DNA of 64,000 nt from Antedon mediterranea (Eukaryota > Animalia > Echinodermata), in the NCBI RefSeq assembly GCF_964355755.1, contig NC_092675.1, forward strand, positions 13,674,912-13,738,911, in the 5' to 3' direction. The position numbers and the translations under genes are program-made. Below the pieces are notes generated by a model, which did not search any database, was not told where the DNA came from, and worked only from the letters and a program-made list of their open reading frames with translations. This document shows positions 12,481 to 27,711 of this stretch, piece by piece. How positions within the stretch are numbered: the stretch's first letter is position 1; every line of letters begins with the position of its first letter.

Positions 12481-14060
12481 ATTTTAGACCATTTTGTGAT
12501 TTTCGAAAAAACTTGTTAACATAAAAACACGAAAGTGCTTAGAATAGCTTCAAATCGCATTTGGAGACGTTTTAGACCATTTTGTGATTTTCGAAAAAAC
12601 TTGTTAACATAAAAACACGAAAGTGCTTAGAATAGCTTCAAATCACATTTGGAGACGTTTTAGACCATTTTGTGATTTTTGAAAAAACTTGTTAACATAA
12701 AAACACGAAAGTGCTTAGAACAGCTTCAAATCGCATTTGGAAACGTTTTAGACCAATTTGTGCATTTCGATGAAACTTGATTACACAAAAACATCAAAGT
12801 GCTTAAAATCACATTATAAACCGTTTTAGACCATTTTGAGCATTTCGATAACACTTTTCACACAAAAACATTAAAGAGCACAAAATAGCTTAATATCGTA
12901 TTTAAAAACGTTTTAGACCATTTTGAGCATTTAGACAAAACTTTTTCACACAAAACACCAAAGTGCTTAGAATAGCTTCAAATCGCATTTGGAGACGTTT
13001 TAGACCATTTTGTGCATTTCGATGAAACTTGGTTACACAAAAACATCAAAGTGCTTAAAATCACATTATAAATCGTTTTAGACCATTTTGAGCATTTCGA
13101 CAAAACTTTTTCACACAAAATACCAAAGTGCTTAGAATAGCTTCAAATCGCATTTCGAGACGTTTTAGACCATTTTGTGATTTTCGAAAAAACTTTTTAA
13201 CATAAAAACACCAAAGTGCTTAGAATAGCTTCAAATCACATTTGGAGACATTTTAGACCATTTTGTGATTTTCGAAAAAACTTGTTAACATAAAAACACG
13301 AAAGTTCTTAGAATAGCTTCAAATCGCATTTGGAAACGTTTTAGACCATTTTGTGATTTTCGAAAAAAATTGTTAACATAAAAACACCAAAGTGCTTAGA
13401 ATCACATTATAAACCGTTTTAGACCATTTTGAGCATTTCGATAACAATTTTCACACAAAAACATCAAAGAGCACAAAATAGCTTAATATCGTATTTAAAA
13501 ATGTTTTAGACCATTTTGAGCATTTAGATAAAACTTTTTCACACAAAACACCAAAGTGCTTAGAATAGCTTCAAATCGCATTTGGAGACGTTTTAGACCA
13601 TTTTGTGATTTTTGAAAAAACTTGTTAACATAAAAACACCAAAGTGCTTAGAATAGCTTCAAATCACATTTGGAGACGTTTTAGACCATTTTGTGATTTT
13701 CGAAAAAACTTTTTAACATAAAAACACCAAAGTGCTTAGAATAGCTTCAAATCACATTTGGAGACGTTTTAGACCATTTTGTGATTTTTGAAAAAACTTG
13801 TTAACATAAAAACACGAAAGTGCTTAGAATAGCTTCAAATCGCATTTGGAAACGTTTTAGACCATTTTGTGATTTTCGAAAAAGATTGTTAACATAAAAA
13901 CACCAAAGTGTTTAGAATAGCTTCAAATCGCATTTGGAGACGGTTTAGACCATTTTGTGATTTTGAAAAAACTTGTTAACATAAAAACACCAAAGTGCTT
14001 AGAATAGCTTCAAATCGCATTTGGAGACGTTTTAGACCATTTTGTGATTTTCGAAAAAAC

Positions 14061-15889
14061 TTGTTAACATAAAAACACCAAAGTGCTTAGAATAGCTTCA
14101 AATCGTATTTGGAGACGTTTTAGACCATTTTGAGATTTTCGAAAAAACTTGGTTACACAAAAACATCAAAGTGCTTAAAATCACATTATAAACCGTTTTA
14201 GACCATTTTGAGCATTTCGATAACACTTTTCACACAAAAACATCAAAGAGCACAAAATAGCTTAATATCGTATTTAAAAACGTTTTAGACCATTTTGAGC
14301 ATTTAGACAAAACTTTTTCACACAAAACACCAAAGTGCTTAGAATAGCTTCAAATCGCATTTGGAGACGTTTTAGACCATTTTGTGCATTTCGATGAAAG
14401 TTGGTTACACAAAAACATCAAAGTGCTTAAAATCACATTATAAATCGTTTTAGACCATTTTGAGCATTTCGACAAAACTTTTTCACACAAAATACCAAAG
14501 TGCTTAGAATAGCTTCAAATCGCATTTGGAGACGTTTTAGACCATTTTGTGATTTTCGAAAAAACTTTTTAACATAAAAACACCAAAGTGCTTAGAATAG
14601 CTTCAAATCACATTTGGAGACGTTTTAGACCATAAGTGCTTAGAATCACATTATAAACCGTTTTAGACCATTTTGAGCATTTCGATAACAATTTTAACAC
14701 AAAAACATCAAAGAGCACAAAATAGCTTAATATCGTATTTAAAAATGTTTTAGACCATTTTGAGCATTTAGATAAAACTTTTTCACACAAAACACCAAAG
14801 TGCTTAGAATAGCTTCAAATCGCATTTGAAGACGTTTTAGACCAATTTGTGATTTTTGAAAAAACTTGTTAACATAAAAACACCAAAGTGCTTAGAAAAG
14901 CTTCAAATCACATTTGGAGACGTTTTAGACCATTTTGTGATTTTGAACAAACTTGTTAACATAAAAACACCAAAGTGCTTAGAATAGCTTCAAATCGTAT
15001 TTGGAGACGTTTTAGACCATTTTGAGATTTTCGAAAAAACTTGGTTACACAAAAACATCAAAGTGCTTAAAATCACATTATAAACCGTTTTAGACCATTT
15101 TGAGCATTTCGATAACACTTTTCACACAAAAACATCAAAGAGCACAAAATAGCTTAATATCGTATTTAAAAACGTTTTAGACCATTTTGAGCATTTAGAC
15201 AAAACTTTTTCACACAAAACACCAAAGTGCTTAGAATAGCTTCAAATCGCATTTGGAGACGTTTTAGACCATTTTGTGCATTTCGATGAAAGTTGGTTAC
15301 ACAAAAACATCAAAGTGCTTAAAATCACATTATAAATCGTTTTAGACCATTTTGAGCATTTCGACAAAACTTTTTCACACAAAATACCAAAGTGCTTAGA
15401 ATAGCTTCAAATCGCATTTGGAGACGTTTTAGACCATTTTGTGATTTTCGAAAAAACTTTTTAACATAAAAACACCAAAGTGCTTAGAATAGCTTCAAAT
15501 CACATTTGGAGACGTTTTAGACCATAAGTGCTTAGAATCACATTATAAACCGTTTTAGACCATTTTGAGCATTTCGATAACAATTTTAACACAAAAACAT
15601 CAAAGAGCACAAAATAGCTTAATATCGTATTTAAAAATGTTTTAGACCATTTTGAGCATTTAGATAAAACTTTTTCACACAAAACACCAAAGTGCTTAGA
15701 ATAGCTTCAAATCGCATTTGAAGACGTTTTAGACCAATTTGTGATTTTTGAAAAAACTTGTTAACATAAAAACACCAAAGTGCTTAGAATAGCTTCAAAT
15801 CACATTTGGAGACGTTTTAGACCATTTTGTGATTTTGAACAAACTTGTTAACATAAAAACACCAAAGTGCTTAGAATAGCTTCAAATCG
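14061..15889 (+). repeat. Tandem duplication, 2 x 892 bp, nested in copy 1 of the 11.8-kb unit
   Basis: GATGAAAGTTGG variant G at 14400/15292; ORFs at 14608/15500; the CATTTGAAGAC variant is present in both copies. Confidence 0.85.
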
Positions 15890-18800
15890 CATTTGGAGAC
15901 GTCTTAGACCATTTTGTGATTTTCGAAAAAACTTGTTAACATAAAAACACCAAAGTGCTTAGAATAGCTTCAAATCGTATTTGGAGACGTTTTAGACCAT
16001 TTTGAGATTTTCGAAAAAACTTGGTTACACAAAAACATCAAAGTGCTTAAAATCACATTATAAACCGTTTTAGACCATTTTGAGTATTTCGATAACACTT
16101 TTCACACAAAAACATCAAAGAGCACAAAATAGCTTAATATCGTATTTAAAAACGTTTTAGACCATTTTGAGCATTTCGACAAAACTTTTTCACACAAAAC
16201 ACCAAAGTGCTTAGAATAGCTTCAAATCGCATTTGGAGACGTTTTAGACCAATTTGTGATTTTTGAAAAAACTTGTTAACATAAAAACACCAAAGTGTTT
16301 AGAATAGCTTCAAATCGCATTTGGAGACGTTTTAGACCAATTTGTGATTTTCGAAAAAACTTATCAACATAAAAACACCAAAGGGTTTAGAATAGCTTCA
16401 AATCGCATTTGGAGACGTTTTAGACCATTTTGTGATTTTGAAAAAACTTGTTAACATAAAAACACGAAAGTGCTTAGAATAGCTTCAAATCGCATTTGGA
16501 GACGTTTTAGACCATTTTGTGATTTTCGAAAAAACTTGTTAACATAAAAACACGAAAGTGCTTAGAATAGCTTCAAATCACATTTGGAGACGTTTTAGAC
16601 CATTTTGTGATTTTTGAAAAAACTTGTTAACATAAAAACACGAAAGTGCTTAGAATAGCTTCAAATCGCATTTGGAAACGTTTTAGACCAATTTGTGCAT
16701 TTCGATGAAACTTGATTACACAAAAACATCAAAGTGCTTAAAATCACATTATAAACCGTTTTAGACCATTTTGAGCATTTCGATAACACTTTTCACACAA
16801 AAACATTAAAGAGCACAAAATAGCTTAATATCGTATTTAAAAACGTTTTAGACCATTTTGAGCATTTAGACAAAACTTTTTCACACAAAACACCAAAGTG
16901 CTTAGAATAGCTTCAAATCGCATTTGGAGACGTTTTAGACCATTTTGTGCATTTCGATGAAACTTGGTTACACAAAAACATCAAAGTGCTTAAAATCACA
17001 TTATAAATCGTTTTAGACCATTTTGAGCATTTCGACAAAACTTTTTCACACAAAATACCAAAGTGCTTAGAATAGCTTCAAATCGCATTTCGAGACGTTT
17101 TAGACCATTTTGTGATTTTCGAAAAAACTTTTTAACATAAAAACACCAAAGTGCTTAGAATAGCTTCAAATCACATTTGGAGACATTTTAGACCATTTTG
17201 TGATTTTCAAAAAAACTTGTTAACATAAAAACACGAAAGTTCTTAGAATAGCTTCAAATCGCATTTGGAAACGTTTTAGACCATTTTGTGATTTTCGAAA
17301 AAAATTGTTAACATAAAAACACCAAAGTGCTTAGAATCACATTATAAACCGTTTTAGACCATTTTGAGCATTTCGATAACAATTTTCACACAAAAACATC
17401 AAAGAGCACAAAATAGCTTAATATCGTATTTAAAAATGTTTTAGACCATTTTGAGCATTTAGATAAAACTTTTTCACACAAAACACCAAAGTGCTTAGAA
17501 TAGCTTCAAATCGCATTTGGAGACGTTTTAGACCATTTTGTGATTTTTGAAAAAACTTGTTAACATAAAAACACCAAAGTGCTTAGAATAGCTTCAAATC
17601 ACATTTTGATACGTTTTAGCCCATTTTGTGATTTTCGAAAAAACTTGTTAACATAAAAACACGAAAGTGCTTAGAATAGCTTCAAATCACATTTGGAGAC
17701 GTTTTAGACCATTTTGTGATTTTTGAAAAAACTTGTTAACATAAAAACACGAAAGTGCTTAGAATAGCTTCAAATCGCATTTGGAAACGTTTTAGACCAT
17801 TTTGTGATTTTCGAAAAAGATTGTTAACATAAAAACACCAAAGTGCTTAGAATCACATTATAAACCGTTTTAGACCATTTTGAGCATTTCGATAACAATT
17901 TTCACACAAAAACATCAAAGAGCACAAAATAGCTTAATATCGTATTTAAAAATGTTTTAGACCATTTTGAGCATTTAGATCAAACTTTTTCACACAAAAC
18001 ACCAAAGTGCTTAGAATAGCTTCAAATCGCATTTGGAGACGGTTTAGACCATTTTGTGATTTTGAAAAAACTTGTTAACATAAAAACACCAAAGTGCTTA
18101 GAATAGCTTCAAATCGCATTTGGAGACGTTTTAGACCATTTTGTGATTTTCGAAAAAACTTGTTAACATAAAAACACCAAAGTGCTTAGAATAGCTTCAA
18201 ATCGTATTTGGAGACGTTTTAGACCATTTTGTGATTTTCGAAAAAACTTGTTAACATAAAAACACGAAAGTGCTTAGAATAGCTTCAAATCGTATTTGGA
18301 GACGTTTTAGACCATTTTGAGATTTTCGAAAAAACTTGGTTACACAAAAACATCAAAGTGCTTAAAATCACATTATAAACCGTTTTAGACCATTTTGAGC
18401 ATTTCGATAACACTTTTCACACAAAAACATTAAAGAGCACAAAATAGCTTAATATCGTATTTAAAAACGTTTTAGACCATTTTGAGCATTTCGACAAAAC
18501 TTTTTCACACAAAACACCAAAGTGCTTCAAATCGCATTTGGAGACGTTTTAGACCAATTTGTGCATTTCGATGAAACTTGATTACACAAAAACATCAAAG
18601 TGCTTAAAATCACATTATAAACCGTTTTAGACCATTTTGAGCATTTCGATAACACTTTTCACACAAAAACATCAAAGAGCACAAAATAGCTTAATATCGT
18701 ATTTAAAAACGTTTTAGACCATTTTGAGCATTTAGACAAAACTTTTTCACACAAAACACCAAAGTGCTTAGAATAGCTTCAAATCGCATTTGGAGACGTT

Positions 18801-21800
18801 TTAGACCATTTTGTGCATTTCGATGAAACTTGGTTACACAAAAAAATCAAAGTGCTTAAAATCACATTATAAATCGTTTTAGACCATTTTGAGCATTTCG
18901 ACAAAACTTTTTCACACAAAATACAAAAGTGCTTTGAATAGCTTCAAATCGCATTTGGAGACGTTTTAGACCATTTTGTGATTTTCGAAAAAACTTTTTA
19001 ACATAAAAACACCAAAGTGCTTAGAATAGCTTCAAATCACATTTGGAGACGTTTTAGACCATTTTGTGATTTTCGAAAAAACTTGTTAACATAAAAACAC
19101 GAAAGTGCTTAGAATAGCTTCAAATCGCATTTAGAAACGTTTTAGACCATTTTGTGATTTTCGAAAAAAATTGTTAACATAAAAACACCAAAGTGCTTAG
19201 AATCACATTATAAACCGTTTTAGACCATTTTGAGCATTTCGATAACAATTTTCACACAAAAACATCAAAGAGCACAAAATAGCTTAATATCGTATTTAAA
19301 AATGTTTTAGACCATTTTGAGCATTTAGATAAAACTTTTTCACACAAAACACCAAAGTGCTTAGAATAGCTTCAAATCGCATTTGGAGACGTTTTAGACC
19401 ATTTTGTGATTTTTGAAAAAACTTGTTAACATAAAAACACCAAAGTACTTAGAATAGCTTCAAATCACATTTGGAGACGTTTTAGACCATTTTGTGATTT
19501 TCGAAAAAACTTGTTAACATAAAAACACGAAAGTGCTTAGAATAGCTTCAAATCGCATTTGGAAACGTTTTAGACCATTTTGTGATTTTCGAAAAAACTT
19601 GTTAACATAAAAACACGAAAGTGCTTAGAATAGCTTCAAATCGCATTTGGAAACGTTTTAGACCATTTTGTGATTTTCGAAAAAACTTGTTAACATAAAA
19701 ACACGAAAGTGCTTAGAATAGCTTCAAATCGCATTTGGAGACGTTTTAGACCATTTTGTGATTTTGAAAAAACTTGTTAACATAAAAACACCAAAGTGCT
19801 TAGAATAGCTTCAAATCGCATTTGGAGACGTTTTAGACCAATTTGTGATTTTCGAAAAAACTTATCAACATAAAAACACCAAAGGGTTTAGAATAGCTTC
19901 AAATCGCATTTGGAGACGTTTTAGACCATTTTGTGATTTTGAAAAAACTTGTTAACATAAAAACACCAAAGTGCTTAGAATAGCTTCAAATCGCATTTGG
20001 AGACGTTTTAGACCATTTTGTGATTTTCGAAAAAACTTGTTAACATAAAAACACCAAAGTGCTTAGAATAGCTTCAAATCGTATTTGGAGACGTTTTAGA
20101 CCATTTTGAGATTTTCGAAAAAACTTGGTTACACAAAAACATCAAAGTGCTTAAAATCACATTATAAACCGTTTTAGACCATTTTGAGCATTTCGATAAC
20201 ACTTTTCACACAAAAACATCAAAGAGCACAAAATAGCTTAATATCGTATTTAAAAACGTTTTAGACCATTTTGAGCATTTCGACAAAACTTTTTCACACA
20301 AAACACCAAAGTGCTTAGAATAGCTTCAAATCGCATTTGGAGAAGTTTTAGACCAATTTGTGCATTTCGATGAAACTTGATTACACAAAAACATCAAAGT
20401 GCTTAAAATCACATTATAAACCGTTTTAGACCATTTTGAGCATTTCGATAACACTTTTCACACAAAAACATCAAAGAGCACAAAATAGCTTAATATCGTA
20501 TTTAAAAACGTTTTAGACCATTTTGAGCATTTAGACAAAACTTTTTCACACAAAACACCAAAGTGCTTAGAATAGCTTCAAATCGCATTTGGAGACGTTT
20601 TAGACCATTTTGTGCATTTCGATGAAACTTGGTTACACAAAAACATCAAAGTGCTTAAAATCACATTATAAATCGTTTTAGACCAGTTTGAGCATTTCGA
20701 CAAAACTTTTTCACACAAAATACCAAAGTGCTTAGAATAGCTTCAAATCGCATTTCGAGACGTTTTAGACCATTTTGTGATTTTCGAAAAAACTTTTTAA
20801 CATAAAAACACCAAAGTGCTTAGATTAGCTTCAAATCACATTTGGAGACGTTTTAGACCATAAGTGCTTAGAATCACATTATAAACCGTTTTAGACCATT
20901 TTGAGCATTTCGATAACAATTTTCACACAAAAACATCAAAGAGCACAAAATAGCTTAATATCGTATTTAAAAATGTTTTAGACCATGTTGAGCATTTAGA
21001 TAAAACTTTTTCACACAAAACACCAAAGTGCTTAGAATAGCTTCAAATCGCATTTGGAGACGTTTTAGACCATTTTGTGATTTTTGAAAAAACTTGTTAA
21101 CATAAAAACGCCAAAGTGCTTAGAATAGCTTCAAATCACATTTGGAGACGTTTTAGACCATTTTGTGATTTTCGAAAAAACTTGTTAACATAAAAACACC
21201 AAAGTGTTTAGAATAGCTTCAAATCGCATTTGGAGACGTTTTAGACCAATTTGTGATTTTCGAAAAAACTTATCAACATAAAAACACCAAAGGGTTTAGA
21301 ATAGCTTCAAATCGCATTTGGAGACGTTTTAGACCATTTTGTGATTTTCGAAAAAACTTGTTAACATAAAAACACGAAAGTGCTTAGAATAGCTTCAAAT
21401 CGCATTTGGAAACGTTTTAGACCATTTTGTGATTTTCGAAAAAACTTGTTAACATAAAAACATGAAAGTGCTTAGAATAGCTTCAAATCGTATTTGGAGA
21501 CGTTTTAGACCATTTTGTGATTTTCGAAAAAACTTTTTAACATAAAAACACCAAAGTGCTTAGAATAGCTTCAAATCGCATTTGGAGACGTTTTAGACCA
21601 TTTTGTGCATTTCGATGAAACTTGGTTACACAAAAACATCAAAGTGCTTAAAATCACATTATAAACCATTTAGACCATTTTGAGCATTTCGATAACACTT
21701 TTCACACAAAAACATCAAAGAGCACAAAATAGCTTAATATCGTATTTAAAAACGTTTTAGACCATTTTGAGCATTTAGACAAAACTTTTTCACACAAAAC

Positions 21801-24800
21801 TCCAAAGTGCTTAGAATAGCTTCAAATCGCATTTGGAGACGTTTTAGAACATTTTGTGTTTTTCGAAAAAACCTGTTAACATAAAAACACCAAAGTGCTT
21901 AGAATAGCTTCAAATCGCATTTGGAGACTATTTAGACCATTTTGTGATTTTTGAAAAAACTTGTTAACATAAAAACACGAAAGTGCTTAGAATAGCTTCA
22001 AATCGCATTTGGAAACGTTTTAGACCATTTTGTGATTTTCGAAAAAGATTGTTAACATAAAAACACCAATGTGCTTAGAATCACATTATACACCGTTTTA
22101 GACCATTTTGAGCATTTCGATAACAATTTTCACACAAAAACATCAAAGGGCACAAAATAGCTTAATATCGTATTTAAAAATGTTTTAGACCATTTTGAGC
22201 ATTTAGATAAAACTTTTTCACACAAAACACCAAAGTGCTTAGAATAGCTTCAAATCGCATTTGGAGACGGTTTAGAACATTTTGTGATTTTGAAAAAACT
22301 TTTTAACATAAAAACACCAAAGTGCTTAGAATAGCTTCAAATCGCATTTGGAGACGTTTTAGACCATTTTGTGATTTTCGAAAAAACTTGTTAACATAAA
22401 AACACCAAAGTGCTTAGAATAGCTTCAAATCGTATTTGGAGACGTTTTAGACCATTTTGAGATTTTCGAAAAAACTTGGTTACACAAAAACATCAAAGTG
22501 CTTAAAATCACATTATAAACCGTTTTAGACCATTTTGAGCATTTCGATAACACTTTTCACACAAAAACATCAAAGAGCACAAAATAGCTTAATATCGTAT
22601 TTAAAAACGTTTTAGACCATTTTGAGCATTTCGACAAAACTTTTTCACACAAAACACCAAAGTGCTTAGAATAGCTTCAAATCGCATTTGGAGACGTTTT
22701 AGACCAATTTGTGCATTTCGATGAAACTTGATTACACAAAAACATCAAAGTGCTTAAAATCACATTATAAACCGTTTTAGACCATTTTGAGCATTTCGAT
22801 AACACTTTTCACACAAAAACATCAAAGAGCACAAAATAGCTTAATATCGTATTTAAAAACGTTTTAGACCATGATTTTCGAAAAAACTTGTTAACATAAA
22901 AACACCAAAGTGCTTAGAATAGCTTCAAATCACATTTGGAGACGTTTTAGACCAATTTGTGATTTTCGAAAAAACTTATCAACATAAAAACACCAAAGGG
23001 CTTAGAATAGCTTCAAATCGCATTTGGAGACTATTTAGACCATTTTGTGATTTTTGAAAAAACTTGTTAACATAAAAACACGAAAGTGCTTAGAATAGCT
23101 TCAAATCGCATTTGGAAACGTTTTATTCCATTTTGTGATTTTCGAAAAAGATTGTTAACATAAAAACACCAATGTGCTTAGAATCACATTATAAACCGTT
23201 TTAGACAATTTTGAGCATTTCGATAACAATTTTCACACAAAAACATCAAAGAGCACAAAATAGCTTAATATCGTATTTAAAAATGTTTTAGACCATTTTG
23301 AGCATTTAGATAAAACTTTTTCACACAAAACACCAAAGTGCTTAGAATAGCTTCAAATCGCATTTGGAGACGGTTTAGAACATTTTGTGATTTTGAAAAA
23401 ACTTGTTAACATAAAAACACCAAAGTGCTTAGAATAGCTTCAAATCGCATTTGGAGACGTTTTAGACCATTTTGTGATTTTCGAAAAAACTTGTTAACAT
23501 AAAAACACCAAAGTGCTTAGAATAGCTTCAAATCGTATTTGGAGACGTTTTAGACCATTTTGAGATTTTCGAAAAAACTTGGTTACACAAAAACATCAAA
23601 GTGCTTAAAATCACATTATAAACCGTTTTAGACCATTTTGAGCATTTCGATAACACTTTTCACACAAAAACATCAAAGAGCACAAATAGCTTAATATCGT
23701 ATTTAAAAACGTTTTAGACCATTTTGAGCATTTCGACAAAACTTTTTCACACAAAACACCAAAGTGCTTAGAATAGCTTCAAATCGCATTTGGAGACGTT
23801 TTAGACCAATTTGTGCATTTCGATGAAACTTGATTACACAAAAACATCAAAGTGCTTAAAATCACATTATAAACCGTTTTAGACCATTTTGAGCATTTCG
23901 ATAACACTTTTCACACAAAAACATCAAAGAGCACAAAATAGCTTAATATCGTATTTAAAAACGTTTTAGACCATTTTGAGCATTTAGACAAAACTTTTTC
24001 ACACAAAACACCAAAGTGCTTAGAATAGCTTCAAATCGCATTTGGAGACGTTTTAGACCATTTTGTGCATTTCGATGAAACTTGGTTACACAAAAACATC
24101 AAAGTGCTTAAAATCACATTATAAATCGTTTTAGACCATTTTGAGCATTTCGACAAAACTTTTTCACACAAAATACCAAAGTGCTTAGAATAGCTTCAAA
24201 TCGCATTTCGAGACGTTCTAGACCATTTTGTGATTTTCGAAAAAACTTTTTAACATAAAAACACCAAAGTGCTTAGAATAGCTTCAAATCACATTTGGAG
24301 ACATTTTAGACCATTTTGTGATTTTCGAAAAAACTTGTTAACATAAAAACACGAAAGTGCTTAGAATAGCTTCAAATCGCATTTGGAGACGTTTTAGACC
24401 ATTTTGTGATTTTCGAAAAAACTTGTTAATATAAAAACACGAAAGTGCTTAGAATAGCTTCAAATCACATTTGGAGACGTTTTAGACCATTTTGTGATTT
24501 TTGAAAAAACTTGTTAACATAAAAACACGAAAGTGCTTAGAACAGCTTCAAATCGCATTTGGAAACGTTTTAGACCAATTTGTGCATTTCGATGAAACTT
24601 GATTACACAAAAAAATCAAAGTGCTTAAAATCACATTATAAACCGTTTTAGACCATTTTGAGCATTTCGATAACACTTTTCACACAAAAACATTAAAGAG
24701 CACAAAATAGCTTAATATCGTATTTAAAAACGTTTTAGACCATTTTGAGCATTTAGACAAAACTTTTTCACACAAAACACCAAAGTGCTTAGAATAGCTT

Positions 24801-25882
24801 CAAATCGCATTTGGAGACGTTTTAGACCATTTTGTGCATTTCGATGAAACTTGGTTACACAAAAACATCAAAGTGCTTAAAATCACATTATAAATCGTTT
24901 TAGACCATTTTGAGCATTTCGACAAAACTTTTTCACACAAAATACCAAAGTGCTTAGAATAGCTTCAAATCGCATTTCGAGACGTTTTAGACCATTTTGT
25001 GATTTTCGAAAAAACTTTTTAACATAAAAACACCAAAGTGCTTAGAATAGCTTCAAATCACATTTGGAGACATTTTAGACCATTTTGTGATTTTCGAAAA
25101 AACTTGTTAACATAAAAACACGAAAGTTCTTAGAATAGCTTCAAATCGCATTTGGAAACGTTTTAGACCATTTTGTGATTTTCGAAAAAAATTGTTAACA
25201 TAAAAACACCAAAGTGCTTAGAATCACATTATAAACCGTTTTAGACCATTTTGAGCATTTCGATAACAATTTTCACACAAAAACATCAAAGAGCACAAAA
25301 TAGCTTAATATCGTATTTAAAAATGTTTTAGACCATTTTGAGCATTTAGATAAAACTTTTTCACACAAAACACCAAAGTGCTTAGAATAGCTTCAAATCG
25401 CATTTGGAGACGTTTTAGACCATTTTGTGATTTTTGAAAAAACTTGTTAACATAAAAACACCAAAGTGCTTAGAATAGCTTCAAATCACATTTGGAGACG
25501 TTTTAGACCATTTTGTGATTTTCGAAAAAACTTTTTAACATAAAAACACCAAAGTGCTTAGAATAGCTTCAAATCACATTTGGAGACGTTTTAGACCATT
25601 TTGTGATTTTTGAAAAAACTTGTTAACATAAAAACACGAAAGTGCTTAGAATAGCTTCAAATCGCATTTGGAAACGTTTTAGACCATTTTGTGATTTTCG
25701 AAAAAGATTGTTAACATAAAAACACCAAAGGGTTTAGAATAGCTTCAAATCGCATTTGGAGACGGTTTAGACCATTTTGTGATTTTGAAAAAACTTGTTA
25801 ACATAAAAACACCAAAGTGCTTAGAATAGCTTCAAATCGCATTTGGAGACGTTTTAGACCATTTTGTGATTTTCGAAAAAAC

Positions 25883-27711
25883 TTGTTAACATAAAAACAC
25901 CAAAGTGCTTAGAATAGCTTCAAATCGTATTTGGAGACGTTTTAGACCATTTTGAGATTTTCGAAAAAACTTGGTTACACAAAAACATCAAAGTGCTTAA
26001 AATCACATTATAAACCGTTTTAGACCATTTTGAGCATTTCGATAACACTTTTCACACAAAAACATCAAAGAGCACAAAATAGCTGAATATCGTATTTAAA
26101 AACGTTTTAGACCATTTTGAGCATTTAGACAAAACTTTTTCACACAAAACACCAAAGTGCTTAGAATAGCTTCAAATCGCATTTGGAGACGTTTTAGACC
26201 ATTTTGTGCATTTCGATGAAAGTTGGTTACACAAAAACATCAAAGTGCTTAAAATCACATTATAAATCGTTTTAGACCATTTTGAGCATTTCGACAAAAC
26301 TTTTTCACACAAAATACCAAAGTGCTTAGAATAGCTTCAAATCGCATTTGGAGACGTTTTAGACCATTTTGTGATTTTCGAAAAAACTTTTTAACATAAA
26401 AACACCAAAGTGCTTAGAATAGCTTCAAATCACATTTGGAGACGTTTTAGACCATAAGTGCTTAGAATCACATTATAAACCGTTTTAGACCATTTTGAGC
26501 ATTTCGATAACAATTTTAACACAAAAACATCAAAGAGCACAAAATAGCTTAATATCGTATTTAAAAATGTTTTAGACCATTTTGAGCATTTAGATAAAAC
26601 TTTTTCACACAAAACACCAAAGTGCTTAGAATAGCTTCAAATCGCATTTGAAGACGTTTTAGACCAATTTGTGATTTTTGAAAAAACTTGTTAACATAAA
26701 AACACCAAAGTGCTTAGAATAGCTTCAAATCACATTTGGAGACGTTTTAGACCATTTTGTGATTTTGAACAAACTTGTTAACATAAAAACACCAAAGTGC
26801 TTAGAATAGCTTCAAATCGTATTTGGAGACGTTTTAGACCATTTTGAGATTTTCGAAAAAACTTGGTTACACAAAAACATCAAAGTGCTTAAAATCACAT
26901 TATAAACCGTTTTAGACCATTTTGAGCATTTCGATAACACTTTTCACACAAAAACATCAAAGAGCACAAAATAGCTTAATATCGTATTTAAAAACGTTTT
27001 AGACCATTTTGAGCATTTAGACAAAACTTTTTCACACAAAACACCAAAGTGCTTAGAATAGCTTCAAATCGCATTTGGAGACGTTTTAGACCATTTTGTG
27101 CATTTCGATGAAAGTTGGTTACACAAAAACATCAAAGTGCTTAAAATCACATTATAAATCGTTTTAGACCATTTTGAGCATTTCGACAAAACTTTTTCAC
27201 ACAAAATACCAAAGTGCTTAGAATAGCTTCAAATCGCATTTGGAGACGTTTTAGACCATTTTGTGATTTTCGAAAAAACTTTTTAACATAAAAACACCAA
27301 AGTGCTTAGAATAGCTTCAAATCACATTTGGAGACGTTTTAGACCATAAGTGCTTAGAATCACATTATAAACCGTTTTAGACCATTTTGAGCATTTCGAT
27401 AACAATTTTAACACAAAAACATCAAAGAGCACAAAATAGCTTAATATCGTATTTAAAAATGTTTTAGACCATTTTGAGCATTTAGATAAAACTTTTTCAC
27501 ACAAAACACCAAAGTGCTTAGAATAGCTTCAAATCGCATTTGAAGACGTTTTAGACCAATTTGTGATTTTTGAAAAAACTTGTTAACATAAAAACACCAA
27601 AGTGCTTAGAATAGCTTCAAATCACATTTGGAGACGTTTTAGACCATTTTGTGATTTTGAACAAACTTGTTAACATAAAAACACCAAAGTGCTTAGAATA
27701 GCTTCAAATCG
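25883..27711 (+). repeat. Tandem duplication, 2 x 892 bp, nested in copy 2 of the 11.8-kb unit
   Basis: ORFs at 26430/27322 (offset 892) and the same diagnostic variants as 14061-15889. Confidence 0.85.

Noticed and set aside
10003-27504. Six identical 60-aa minus-strand ORFs (MCEKVLSKCSKWSK...)
   Set aside because: They are antisense translations of the C and B monomers. They reach 60 aa only where a point variant (TTTTAACAC) removes a TGA and the 40-bp deletion is adjacent. The internal peptide repeat mirrors the DNA repeat, identity follows from the duplications, and there is no gene context or recognisable domain.
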